Shown in pieces: positions 23,966-35,943 of a stretch of 52,025 nt of DNA. The translations under genes and the position numbers were made by a program. Origin of the DNA: Sphyrna mokarran (Eukaryota); assembly GCA_024679065.1 (NCBI GenBank), contig JAGIQG010000016.1:5467976-5520000 (forward strand), read 5' to 3'. Position 1 is the stretch's first letter. Every line of letters begins with the position of its first letter. Below the pieces are notes generated by a model. That model searched no databases, was not told where the DNA came from, and worked only from the letters and a program-made list of their open reading frames with translations.

Positions 23966-25119
23966 CAAATGATGTTTTGGCTGCGAGATAAGTTCCAGGA
24001 AATCTGTGTGGTCCAGTAGTAGAGAGATGTTGAGTGCCTGGTTATGATATGCTGTGTTGTCTTGATGGGCTGAATGGCCTCTTCTGCACTGTAGGGATTC
24101 TAAGACTCTGTTCGAAGATGGCTGGTACCCATTGACACAGCTTGGCATCATTTCTCAACAAGTATTTATCCACCCTCATCTGGAAAAGGTTGAACTTTGA
24201 AACCATCCTTTGGGCAGAGGATCAAACCTGTTATTTGAAATGGAGAGATTAGGTACTTGAGGTCAACTGTTGACTTAGTTTCTGACCATGGCGCAGGTTT
24301 GTATCTGTAACATGAGGGAGGGGCCTTTTGTAAAGTGAGATAGTGGAGCTCAAAGGGAGGGGAGTTTTCCTGCCCCGGGAATTGTAGTGGGCAGTGGGGT
24401 GGGAGGAGGCAGGCGGAGGGAACAGTCCATTGACCTCAGGTGGGGATTTTCTGTCTTTGGGCCGAGTGTGTTCGGCGATTCCTGCCCTATAGGTACCCCA
24501 AATGGACAGCAGGTCCAAAATAAAATCAAATCACCGTGGATGCTGGAATCTGGAACCAAAAGAGAAAATGCTGGAAAATCTCAGCGGGTCTGGCAACATC
24601 TGTAAGGGGAGAAAAGAGCTGGCGATTCAAATCCAGATTTAAGAAATAATAATTTGTAGGACTGCTGGCCGGGCCAACATTTATTGCCCATCCCTAGTTG
24701 CCTGAGGGTCTTTGAAAGTCAACCACATCGCTGTGACTCTGGAGTCATGTGTAGGCCAGACCAGGCAAGGACGGTAGATTTCCTTCCCTAAATGACCTAA
24801 AGTGGGTCATTATCCTTCCACTGACAATAAATGACTGACACGCAGCGGGGAATGGACTCTTAGCTGCCGACTCGAAGTGGAATGTTCCAAGAATGTGATT
24901 GAAAAACAAAAATGTCTCATTGTTCATGAGCTGTGTTTGCGGGGTTATTGGTCAGACATTGCTCCTTATTCGGCGGGGGGATATATTGATGCTGAGGGGA
25001 TTTGAACTAAAACTCCCTTACCCTTCCGGGGACCATATCCCTCTATTCCCATCCTATTCATGTCTTTATCCAGATACCCCTTAAAATCCATTTCCTCGTT
25101 GTAGAGTCCACGGTGAGTA

Positions 25120-25730
25120 AATGGAAGAAAACCCAGTTAGTTCCAGTGTATTGAACACATTCATTAAGAATATGTCCTTATCACGTTATACATTCCCACA
25201 GCCTCAACATATTCCACATGGAAATGGAACAATGGAGGGAAGCATTCCCAATAGAACAATGCGATGTGTTGTTTTTTTATTCCTTCCCAATACGATTCTT
25301 GCAAAACTGGTGTTGTTTCACTTTGGGTCAACAATTTGGTTCTCATTTTTTCTCTGTGATTGTCTGTGGAGGGGTAAAACCCAGAATGACAAAGAACAAA
25401 GGACAAAACAGTACGGGGAAACAGGCCCTTCGGCCCAACGAGCCCGCGCCACTACCCTGATGTTCCCACCTCTACCTGTGATCCCTGTCTATGTTTATAG
25501 ATCTATGGATTAAAAACCAAATTTGAGACAATTTGGGGAAAATTTGTTTTGCCAATTAGTCTAAGGGCACATCTTTGGGATGTGGGAGGAAACCCGGAGC
25601 ACCCGGAGAAAACCCACGCAAGCACGGGGAGAATGCGCAAACTCCCACAGACACAGGCTCAAATCCACCCTTAGCTTCCTAGAGCATGGGTTTCCAATAA
25701 ATCCAAGATATTAAGTCAGAAAACATATTA
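25120..25730 (-). promoter_or_regulatory. Inverted orphan paralog of the GPCR upstream module (TATA part lost; interrupted by a LINE 3' UTR insertion at ~25391-25665)
   Basis: The reverse complement reads ...ggaatatgttgaggctgtgggaatgtataacgtgataaggacatattcttaatgaatgtgttcaatacactggaactaac, matching 39890-39970. Confidence 0.55.
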
Positions 25731-25739
25731 TTTATTCCA

Positions 25740-26160
25740 CTGATTTGATTTGATCTATTATTAAAACATGTATGAGCATGTAGTAAGAAGCATTGTTTCC
25801 ATCATGCTTTGCAGACAGAGCATACTGTTCATAGGGTACATCGGGGAAAAGGAAAGGAGAGAGTGTGGGATGTCGTGCTACAGAGATAGCGAGGGTGTGA
25901 AGAAAGATCAACTTAATGCAAGTTAGGTCCATTCAAAAGCCTGTTGGCATCAGTCGGTTGGTACATAACCTCAGATTTCTATATCTTTTTCCCAATGGAA
26001 GAAGGTGGAAGAGAGGGCTGTGTGGGGTCCTTAATTATGCTGGCTGCTTTGCTAAGGCAATGGGGAGTGTAGACAGAATCAGTGGATGGGAGGCTGGTTT
26101 GCGTGATGGATTTTGCTACATTCAAGACCTTTTGGAGTTTCTTGTAGTTTTGGGCAGAGC
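25740..26160 (-). mobile_element. Rex1/Babar-like LINE 3' end
   Basis: KKLQKVLNVAKSITQTSLPSTDSVYT..ASIIKDPT. Confidence 0.78.
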
Positions 26161-26164
26161 AGTT

Positions 26165-26550
26165 AGAACATAGAACACTACAGCACAAACAGGCCCTTTG
26201 GCCCACAAGTTGTGCCGATCATATCTATACCTGCCAGGCCATAGAACTATCTGTAACTCCCATTAAATCCCATGTACTTATCCAGAAGTCTCTTAAAAGA
26301 CCCCAGCGAGTTTGCCTCTACCAACACTGACGGTAGCCGATTCCACTCACTCGCTGCCCTCTGAGTGAAAAACTTACCTCTAACATCTCCTCTGTACTTG
26401 TCCCCCAGCACCTTAAGCCTGTGTCCTCTCGTAGCGACCATTTCAGCTCTGGGAAATAGCCTCCGAGAATCTGCTCTATCTATTCCTCTTAACATCTTAT
26501 GAACCTCTATCAGGTCGCCTCTCAATCTTTGTCTCTCCAGGGAGAAGCGA
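26165..26550 (-). mobile_element. CR1 LINE 3' end
   Basis: ORF 26247-26525 RGDLIEVHKMLRG...FFTQR. Confidence 0.88.
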
Positions 26551-27099
26551 CCTAGTTCTGCAAAGTTACAATCTGAGACAGGAGTGACTCAGCCTTTGAC
26601 TTGTGCCACGAACACTCTCACTTGCTGCCACTCATAAAATCGGAAAATAACTTCATATTTCCCTCTGGTATTGAAATTCTCCCTGCAGGCTCGTTTCGAG
26701 CACAGAATACCCTCACCCTTGAATTCCCGTGAAGCCCCACTGCCCCCACCCCCTCTGCTCATGTCTGCCTCACTTACAGGGATGAATTGGAAGCAGTTTG
26801 GTATTTCGGGAGGGCCAATTGAGGAATTTTCTGAATGATAAGACATTAGGATCATACAGCGCAGAAGAGGCCCTTCGGCCCATTAAGTCCGTACTGTAAG
26901 GGGTTCTGTCGCGAGAGTCTGCATTCTCGTGACTCAATCCTCACCCATGGGACGCCCCGAGCATTTTAAGGCACTCCGACCCCTGGTTCTGTACTCAGGA
27001 CTTATTAGCAGACTGTGAGTAAAAATAGGCATGCAGGGCTTTGCGATGCAGAGTCAGTAATCGGGCTGATTTCAAAACAGCATTTATTATGAAAGCATT

Positions 27100-27380
27100 T
27101 ATTCCATCCTTTGCTTGAGCACCAGTCATCTCAAAGCACTTCACATCCTGTGAAATACTTGGTGACAGACAATCCCTGCTGCGAAACTCGGCAGCCCAAT
27201 TGTGCACACAGCAAGATCCCACAACACAGCGGTGTGATAATGAGGCCCTGTTCCTGGGATAGTAACAGATATTGAGCCAGAGGGGAGGAAGAATGTTTCA
27301 GCTCTTCTTTGAGATAGTTCCGCCGGATCATTCCCAGCTCCCCAAGCGGAACGGCAAGGCCGGTTTAGTACCTGATCAAT
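27100..27380 (-). mobile_element. DeuSINE-like (AmnSINE1/SacSINE1-type core) relic; paralogous copy at ~42215-42610
   Basis: Reverse complement cattatcacaccgctgtgttgtgggatcttgctgtgtgcacaattgggctgcc resembles the Deu-domain SINE 3' region. Confidence 0.65.
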
Positions 27381-27399
27381 CCCTTCATCAATAACTATC

Positions 27400-27720
27400 C
27401 TGAATCCGAATTTCCTCAGTGAGAGGTCAATTCGAACAAAATGGGTTGATCCAAAATCGGTGTGAGAGTTCGACTGGGAGGAAAGAAACATACCTCATTG
27501 TTTGTGAATGTTCTTCTGGGGAATGCCGCTCCCCATTCCCAGGAGGGATACGCCGGGGCCGAGGGAATGCGCAATGAGATGAGGATCTACACTTAACGAG
27601 TGTGTTCAATACGTTGGAACTAACAGCGACTGTGTCACTGGGGGGGGGTTACCGTCCTGTATAAATCAGGGACTGATTTCAACTGAAGGATCTGAACCCA
27701 GACCCCAGTCCGGTCTGTCA
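27400..27720 (+). promoter_or_regulatory. GPCR proximal upstream module with TATA box (TATAAA 27660-27665)
   Basis: TATAAA upstream of the exon 1 ATG. The block ttaacgagtgtgttcaatac..ggaactaac..gtcctgtataaatcagg.actgatttcaactga is conserved in a paralogous copy near 39940-40016. Confidence 0.6.
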
Positions 27721-27747
27721 GGGAATGGGATCACCCATCGCTCCACA

Positions 27748-27817
27748 ATGGCAGTAGCAATCATTCTACGTGTCATAAATGTTTTCTACCATTTGCTCGT
27801 GGTGATCTCTATCCCAG
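27748..27817 (+). CDS. GPCR exon 1 (short N-terminus and first half of TM1)
   Basis: ATG in good context (acaATGg) about 85 nt after TATAAA. Strong donor cag|gtaagg. Phase matches exon 2. Confidence 0.85.
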
Positions 27818-30800
27818 GTAAGGAGATCTGTTCCCCCCACCACCCTCCCCTCCCCGGTCAAATGTAATATTTAGAGTTCTGTCTGTATTTTGCGTTAAGG
27901 TATCTGACTGATGAGTGTCAGAGTGACAATGTGGTTGGCTGTCTCATAGCTCCAGTGACCTGAGTTCCATCCCTGGAGTTTGGGTGTCTCACTATGCAGA
28001 GTCTGTGTGTTCTCCCCGTGTCTGCGTGGGTTTCGTCTGGGTGCTCCCTTTTCCTCCCCTGTCCGACAGGATTTGGTGCACTGGCCACGCTAAATTGTCC
28101 TTTAGCATCCTGGGATGCGGAGGATAAAGGGATCAGCAAGGTAAATGTGTGAGGTTACAGGAAAACGGTGTGGGAAGGATGGTGGCCAGTGGAACTCGAT
28201 GGGCTGAATGGCCTCCTTCTGCACTGTAGGGATTTATGATTTGATGGTGATACTCTAACTGAAGTTTTTGTTGCGGTGTTGCGTGCAATGGCATTCAGAA
28301 AGGTGGAGTGGGAGATTGATTGGGAGCGGAGACAGGGATAGCAAACTCCAGCTACATGCGGAGAGATTCAACAAGTTATGCGTTCTCCTTTCACATTACG
28401 GAGAGTATGGATAACCCTCTAGGAAAGCAAACTGATATCAGTGGGAGGGTGACCGAGAGTCGGATGGAGGAGATTTCTGAAGATTGATATTAGATTCTAA
28501 AGGGAAATGAGATTTCAGGGACCTGGGTTCGATTCCCGGCTTGGGTCACTGTCTGAGTGGAGTCTGCACATTCTCCCTGTGTCTGGGGGGTGGGTTTCTC
28601 TGGGTGCCCCAGTTTCACCTCAAAAAGAAAATTGTACTGGTTAGATGCATTATCCATGCTAAATTCTCCCTCAGTGTACCCAATCAGGAATGTGGCAACA
28701 GGGGGAGAAGAGATGTCCAAGTGAAGTCTTGTCTGGCTATGTTTGTGGGTGGGATGCTCCATACTTGAGAGACCATTTACCACCCGGTGTCCTTGCCAAT
28801 GTGTATCGCTTCATCAAATCACAGATACAGATAAATCAAATATGAAATTAATCAAATTAATCAATCCTTGCTGTTGCACAATTGGCTGTGTATTTCTACA
28901 TTCTGACAGTGTTGCGTTGGGTGTAAAGTGATTTGAGATGGTCTGGTAGATCTGAAATCCATGTAAAATCTTCAGGAAGCGTAGCGGAGGACATGTCCCT
29001 GTCTACACCAACAGCGACAAAGTGGAAATGTTTCAGGGCTTTAGGTTTCTGGGTGTCCACATCACCGACAACATGTCCTGGTCCCTCCACATCGATGTTG
29101 TAGTTAAGACAGCCCACCGACTGCCTCTACTTTCTCAGGAGACTGAGGAAATTTGACATATGTACTGCGACCCTCTTCAGTTTTGACAGATGCACGGTAG
29201 AAAGCATCATTTCTGGCTGTATCGCAGCTTAGTGTGGCTCCTGCCTCTTCCCAAGACCACAAGAAGCTTCAAAGGTTTGTGAACACAAGCCAGTCCCCTC
29301 ATCCATTGACACCATCCACACTTCCTGCACCCTCAGCAAATCAGCCAGCATAATCAAGACCTTGAACATTCTTTCACCTTACAAAAGTTTGACTACGTGT
29401 GGCAACCGACTCAAGAACAACTCCTTCCCAGGCTTTGCAATGGATTTATCATGTATTAAGTTATTCTTTCTCTGCGCCTGATTGTCATAAGAACATAAGA
29501 AATAGGAGCAGGAGTCGGCCATCCAGCCCCTCGAGCCTGCCCCGCCATTCAATAAGATCATGGCTGATCTGTAGTGGTTCAGTACCACTTTCCCGCTTTC
29601 TCCCCGGAACCCTTAATTCCCTTCTCAGTTAAAAACCTACCCACTCTTGACTCAAACACATTCAGTGAGGAAGCCTCATCAGGCAGAGAATTCCAAAGAT
29701 TCACCACCCTCTGCGTGAAGAAACCCTTCCTCAACTCCGATCTGAACCCTCCCTCCCCAATCTTGAGGCTGTGCCCTCTAGTCCTGCTATCTTTGTTAAG
29801 CGGGAGGAGTCTCTCAACCTCTACCCTATCCATCCCCTTCATTATCTTATACATCTCTATAAGATCCCCTCTCAGCCTTCTAAACTCCAAAGAGTACAAA
29901 CCTAGCCTGTTCAGTCTCTCCTCATAATCCAACGCCCTCATCTGTGGTATCAGCCGAGTGACCCTTCTCTGCACCCCCTCCAAGGCCAATATATCCTTCC
30001 TCAAATGGGGCAACCAAAACTATATTGACACACTATATTCGATACACTCTCCTTTCCTGCTTCCTTATATATTTTATGAACGGTATGGTTTGTCTGTATG
30101 GCTGTGGTTAGTACTGCTTCCTCAGAGCGCCAGGGACCTAAGTTCGGTTCCCTGCTTGCGGACTGTCTGTGTGGATTAACCCAAATCTGTGTGGGTTTCC
30201 TCCAGTTTTCTCCCACAGCCCAAAGATGTACAGGTAGGTGGATTGGCCATGCTAAATTTCCCTGTAGTATCAGTGGGATTAGCTTGGGTAAATGAATGGG
30301 GGTTAAGGGGATAGGAGCTGGATCGTATTAGAGTCGGTGCAGACTCAATGGTCCACATCATCTCCTTCTGCACTGTAGGATTCCATGATTCTATGAGGAC
30401 ACAAGAAACAATACTTTTCACTGTATCCCAACGAATGTAAATAATAAATCAAATCAAATCATATCAAGCCAAATCAAATCAAAATCAAGTCCAAATCAAA
30501 TCAAATCAAATCCAAATCAAGTCAAATCAAGTCCAAATCAAATCAAGCCCAAATCAAATCAAAATCAAGTCCAAATCAAATCAAATCAAATCAAATCCAA
30601 ATCAAGTCAAATCAAGTCCAAATCAAATCAAGCCCAAATCAAATCAAAATCAAGTCCAAATCAAATCAAATCAAATCCAAATCAAGTCAAATCAAGTCCA
30701 AATCAAATCAAGCCCAAATCAAATCAAAATCAAGTCCAAATCAAATCAAATCAAATCAAATCCAAATCAAATCCAGTCCAAATCAAGTCAAATCAAATCA

Positions 30801-32206
30801 AAACCAAATCAAGTCCAAAAATCCATCTATAAACATAGACAGGGACCATGGGTAGAGGTGGGAACATCGGGGTGGCGGAGCAGGCTCGTTGGGCCGAAGG
30901 GCCGTGCTGTTTTGTTCTTTGTTCTTTGTTCAAATCAATTCAAATCAAATCAAGAATCCAGCTAGATTCTTTGCCTTTATTGATAATACAGCAGCATTGA
31001 TAATTGTTATTTCTGTATCATTACTGAAATTCTCTCGTTCCTGTGTGCTCTGCGAAGAGATAATGAGACCTGACCTTATCTTTTCCAAACCACTGCAGAA
31101 CCAGTCTTTAAATGTGCGTTTCTATATTTGACGCAAATAGAAGTGAACAATAGATATTGTAACTCGTTACTCCTCCACGCGGTCACATCGTAGTAACGTT
31201 GGTGCATCATCACGTTCCACACTTAGCAGTTTCCGATCTCAATTATTTTCTTTTTCCACCCCCCCCCCCCCCCCCCCCCCCCCGTCCCCCCGCAGCGAAC
31301 TTAGTGACGATCGTGATCCTGTCTCGAGGGAAGTGTGGCATCAGTCAAGGTGTTTCTCTCTACCTGGTCTCCATGGCAACGGCAGACCTAATGGTGGTTT
31401 TCTTCTCCCTCATACTCAGCTCACTCAGTTTCCGCTACGTCCCCTTCTCGTTCCTGTTCTACACGGCGGTGTGCAGCAGCATCAGGGTGCTGGGCTACGC
31501 CGCTATCGACTGTTCCATCTGGCTCACCATCGCTTTCACCGTCGACCGTTACGTGGCCATTTGCTGCCACAATCTGAAGGCCAAATACTGCACCCAGAAG
31601 GCAGCGGTGGTGGTGGTCACCACTGTCTCCCTGGTGAGCGTTCTGAGGAACGTCCCTTTTTACTTCAAGTTCCAGCCTTACGGCATATACTACGGTGTGC
31701 CCTGGGGCTGCGACACCAGGCTGGAGTTTTTTACCTTGCCAGGATGGCTGGCATTCTTCTGGCTCCACCACCTTCTGAACCCATTGATCCCCTACCTGCT
31801 GATCCTGTTGTTCAACGCTCTGACCGTCAGGCACATTGTGCTGGCCAATCGTGCCCGCAGGGGTCTCCGGGCTCCCGGTAAAGGGGGGCAGACGGAAGAC
31901 GCAGAGGTGGCCAACAGGCGGAGGTCCATCATGCTCTTGTTTGTTGTGTCGGGCAGTTTTATACTGCTTTGGATGACCAAGATAGTCATTTTCATACTGA
32001 TGGAGATCTCTAACAGCCATGTTTACTTGAGTTACAACGACCCGGTTATCATCGCGGATTACACCGGCACCATGCTGTTCTACCTGAGCTGCTGCACTAA
32101 CACTGCTGTTTATGCGCTGACCCAGAGTAAAGTCAGAGAGCAACTGAAGAGGGCGGTGAAATATCCCTTCATCCTCATCACTGAACAAGTATCTTCACTA
32201 AAGTAA
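27748..32206 (+). CDS. GPR139/GPR142-like class A (rhodopsin-family) orphan GPCR, two exons join(27748-27817,31296-32206), 326 aa
   Basis: Exon 1 MAVAIILRVINVFYHLLVVISIP g|gtaagg joins in phase 1 to cgcag|cg NLVTIVILSRGKCG...YLVSMATADL...IWLTIAFTVDRYVAIC...NVPFY...PLIPYLLILLFNALTV...RRRSIMLLFVVSGSFILLW...SCCTNTAVYALTQSKVREQL. It has seven hydrophobic segments and an open frame to taa at 32204-32206. Confidence 0.92.
27925..28240 (+). mobile_element. HE1-like V-SINE (in GPCR intron)
   Basis: V core and CR1-type tail. Further copies at ~28515-28700 and ~30100-30390. Confidence 0.78.
29005..29440 (+). mobile_element. Rex1/Babar-like LINE fragment
   Basis: Remnants resembling FLGVHIT..LSW...LYFLRRLRKF and ASIIK. 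Confidence 0.7.
29487..30020 (-). mobile_element. CR1 LINE 3' end (in GPCR intron)
   Basis: ORF 29579-30013 LEGVQRRVTRLIP...FFTQRVVNLWNSLP. Confidence 0.92.
30443..30820 (+). repeat. (CAAAT)n-derived compound microsatellite, expanded tail of a Rex1-like 3' end
   Basis: aaatc/aagtc/aagcc variants with higher-order repetition, following aataataaatc. Confidence 0.9.
31296..32206 (+). CDS. GPCR exon 2 (TM1 end to C-terminus)
   Basis: Main part of ORF 31199-32206. The poly-C run before the acceptor is intronic. DRY motif present. Confidence 0.95.
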
Positions 32207-32544
32207 CACTCGTTGTTGGGAATAATTCTTGTGCCACCCGCGCTGCCCACCATTTGGACACGGAGGGAGAATTTAGCGTGGCCAATCCAACTACCCTTTG
32301 GGAAGTGGGAAGAAGCTGGAGCGTTCGGAAAAAACCCAGGAAGAATGGGCAGGAGGAACAGACTCCGCACAAGAGAACATATTGGCCATGCTAAAATCTC
32401 CCACAGTGTAAGCGAACAGTGTGGCGACTAGACATTGCAGTGTTAACGTATGCCTACTTGTGACACAAATAAATAAACTTTAACAATATAAAACTGTCCC
32501 CTTCTCCTCCTGATGATGCACCCGCGAATTAGCCTAGAAGTTTG

Positions 32545-33015
32545 ACTGAAGGGAATAGAGCAGGATGTGGATAGGCTGAAAAATGGGGCGGAGAAGTGGC
32601 AGATGGAATTTAACCCAGACAAATACGAGGATTTTGGTTGATCCAACTCAGTTGGGGGCTATAAAACAAAAGGCAAAACCACCTAGGAGTGTAGACACAC
32701 AGAGATCTGAGTATGCAGGTCCTCAAAAGCGGTAGCACAGGTGGGGAAGGTGGTGAAGAAAACTTACGGCCTACTTGCCTTCATCGGATGCGACTTTGAA
32801 TATAAAAGTTTGCAAATTATGCTGCAGGTGTATAAAAAAAATGGTTAGGCCTCATTTGGAGTACTGAGTCCAATTCTGGTCCCCACGTTGCCAAAAGGAC
32901 GTGGAGGCTTTGGAGAGAGTACAGAAAAAAGATGTTGCCTGGTATGGAGGTCATTAGCTATGAGGAGAGATTGAACCGACAGGGATTGTTCTCCCTGGGA
33001 AGACAGAGGCTGACC
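32545..33015 (+). mobile_element. Degenerate CR1 ORF2 fragment
   Basis: Remnants resembling WQMEFNPDK and VRPHLEY..QFWSP. Confidence 0.75.
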
Positions 33016-33019
33016 CAGA

Positions 33020-33980
33020 ATCATAGAGTAGAATCCCTACACTGTAGAAGGAAGCCATTGGGCCCATCCAGTATGTACTGATAGCAATCTCACCCCAGGC
33101 CGTAACTCCACAATACCATGCATTCACCCGAGCTAAGTCCCTCTGACAGTAAGGGGCAATTTTAGCTTGGCCAAGTGCACCTAACCCGCACATTTTTGAC
33201 TGTGGGAGGAAACCGGAGCCCGCGGAGGAAGCCCATGCAGACATGGAGAGAATGTGCAAACCCCACACAGACAGCGACCCAAGGTGGGAATTGAACCCTG
33301 GCGCTGTGAGGAAGAAGTGCTACTACCGTAAAATAAAGCAGAAAAAACTTCCACTTTGTGCAATCGGTGTGTTTATTTTGAGAGAAATATGGAGGAAGTG
33401 ATAGACGAGGAGGCAAAGTTTAATTTTATTGATTAGCTTCATAAGTAGGCTTATATTAACACTGCAATGAAGTTACTGCGAAAATCTCTGAGTTACCAAA
33501 TCCAGCCCCTGTGCGTATACACTGAGGGAGAAATTGGCATGGCCAATACACTTAATTTGGTGAGTCTTTCAAACTGTTGGAGGAAACCGGAGCACCCAGG
33601 AGAAACAGAAGCAGACACAGGGGGATCACGGTGGCACAGTGGTTAGCACCGCTGCCCCACAGCGCCAAGGACCCTGTGTTCAATTCCGGCCTCAGGTCAC
33701 ACTGTGTGTGCGCAGAGTGCATGTTATCCCCGTGTCTGCATGGGTTTCCTCTGAGTGCTCTCTCTCCCCTTGACGCACCCATAAGATGCGCCGGTTAGTT
33801 GGTTTGGTCATTGGTGTCAGGAAGACAAGTGGGGGTAAATATGTGGGGTTTACGGGAATGGAGTCTGACTCGATGGGCTGAATGGACATCTTTTGCATTC
33901 TGTGAACATGCAGACTCTGCACAGACAGTGACCCAAGCCGCACAGGGTCCCCGACTCTGTGAGGCAGCAGTATAACCACC
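33020..33980. mobile_element. V-SINE cluster, including a + copy (~33622-33903) nested inside a - copy
   Basis: The minus copy breaks at gcagacacagggg (~33620) and resumes at gaacatgcagactc (~33904). Confidence 0.75.
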
Positions 33981-34685
33981 TGAGGTGGAGAAATTTTACC
34001 GTATCTCCTTTACATGTTTCAGAAGATTTGTCACGTTGTGACTTCAGGGAGTACACGAATAGGATGGGAATAGAGGGATATGGTCCCCGGAAGGGTAAGG
34101 GGTTTTATTTGAGATGGACAGCATGGGTGGGGCACGCTTGGAAAGCCAAAGGGCCTGTCCCTGGGGTGTAATTTTCTTTGATCTTTGAAATGGCCCCCTG
34201 GAATATTGGCCAAATATTTATGGGGCATTGGCAAAGCAAACTCTTTGAAATAAATGTTGCCCCCTTCTACATTTACAGCGACAGTCAGTGTGGATAAGGG
34301 TAAACTTTTTTTTCACTTGGTGAAAGCTCCAGGATGAGGGAACACTGTCTAAACATTTAGGCCCAACCGTTCAGGAGAGATGTTGGAAAACATTCCTGGA
34401 GCGTTGGAGAGTTGGAACCCAATCCATCTCGGTGAGTGCTGGTTCAATTGTTACGCTGAAGTCTGAGACGGACAAATCTTATTGAGCGCTGGTGTCATTT
34501 TACTGAACGGGGTTCGAATCCCGCCGCCGCGGATGGTGGAATTTGAGTTCAATTAAAAAAAACAAATCTAAAATTAAGAAAATCACTATGAAAATAATGC
34601 TGATTGTTGTAAAAAAAAAACCCATCTGGTTCACCTTCAGGGAAGGGAATCTGTCATCTTTACTCAGTCTGGCTTACATGTGACA

Positions 34686-34905
34686 CAGTAAGAGTCTCAC
34701 AACACCAGGTTAAAGTCCAACAGGTTTATTTGGTAGCGCAAGTCACGAGTTTTCAGAGCGTCGCTCCTTCGTCAGGTGAGTGGGAGTTCGGTTTCAACTC
34801 CGCTCCGAAAGTTAGTGTTGCCAAATAAACCTGTTGGACTTTAACCTGGTGTTGTGAGGCATCTTTACCGCAGTCCAACACTGGCATCTCCACATCATGG
34901 CTACA
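34686..34905. mobile_element. Second palindromic Penelope-like mini-element, inserted in a SINE
   Basis: ctcacaacaccaggttaaagtccaacaggtttatttgg ... ccaaataaacctgttggactttaacctggtgttgtgag. Confidence 0.72.
34744..34778 (-). ncRNA. Minimal type I hammerhead ribozyme-like motif (Penelope-associated)
   Basis: Minus strand: CAC CUGACGA A GGAGC-GAC-GCUCU GAAA ACUC GUG, with intact CUGANGA and GAAA boxes, stem II and a CAC/GUG stem I. Confidence 0.55.
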
Positions 34906-35367
34906 AGTGACTCCAGGGCCTCAGCAATATGGTGGACTCTCATTGCTCTCGGGCAAGTAGAGATGGGCATTAAATGCTGGCCAGCCAGCGATGCCCGTGG
35001 CCCACAAGTGAATAGAAAACATGACTGGCGCTGAGGCTTTTTATGACTGGTAGCACCACAGTGACCCTGTCACTCCTGGGGACACACGGCAGGATTTTCA
35101 GCCCTTGGTCATCCCAAATCCATTGCAAAGTCAATGTTTGCAAAATTATTTTAAAAATTTTTAAATGTGAAGAGGTGAAAACATTACATTGTCCCTTTAA
35201 AAAGTTCCTTTACTGCTTAGAACACACAAGCACACAAAGCCCCCAGAATGAAACATTTGTATCGAATGGCCAAGCAGCAGGATTTCCTTGGTAACAGGCT
35301 TTCAGATTTTGTTTTGAGTTTTTTAAACTCAACTAATCAGTTTAATAGCAAAGTATTAGGTATAAAT

Positions 35368-35943
35368 TGTTATGGTTTTGGCAACTTGAGTGCAATTCTA
35401 TTGTGGGAGATATTGATATGTCATCATAGGGATAAGAGAAGAGGGCAAGGGGACAATACGGGGAGAAAGAAACTGCCATCTGCCAGATTAACAGCCTCAC
35501 TCATGTCTTAGAGAAAGCTCCATCTTGATGGCAAAGTTAACAAAGAAGACAGAAGTTCCTGACAGAAGAATCAACAGAGAAAGACTAGAATATTCCGGAA
35601 GACACCAAACCTGGTTGTAATTTAGAAAGTGATGAAAATCCCATTTTTTTGTGTGTGAATAAGTGAGAATCGTATTGGTCTGAACATCATTCCATGAGAA
35701 TAGTGTTGGATTCAATTTGTTAATAGTTTAGTCAACTTGTCCACTGTTAATTGGACCAAGAAATTGTTGGTGTTCGGGAGGGTGAGGGAGTTGTTTGTCT
35801 TTAACCACCAAAAGTTACCGAAGCGCAGATTGTCCCACTTCACCCACACTTTTGCAAATTATCAGGGGAGGTAGTTCTCTTTGAGTGGTTCTGTGTTCGT
35901 TTTTGGTGGGCGGAGAGGGGGGGGGCATCTCTGCTCCATAACA
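35368..35943. mobile_element. Probable solo LTR
   Basis: 576 bp bounded by TGTTATGG...CCATAACA (TG..CA with an 8-bp perfect terminal inverted repeat). Target-site duplication is not clean. Confidence 0.5.

Noticed and set aside
31199-31295. Poly-proline N-terminus of the GPCR ORF
   Set aside because: Translation of the intronic poly-C tract. The real start is exon 1 at 27748.
31333-32188. Long overlapping ORFs (182 aa plus, 255 aa minus)
   Set aside because: Shadow frames of the GC-rich GPCR exon.
35497-35715. Hydrophobic minus-strand ORF with splice-like ends
   Set aside because: It lies inside the probable solo LTR, and no consistent multi-exon frame could be built with candidates at 37.3-37.6 kb.
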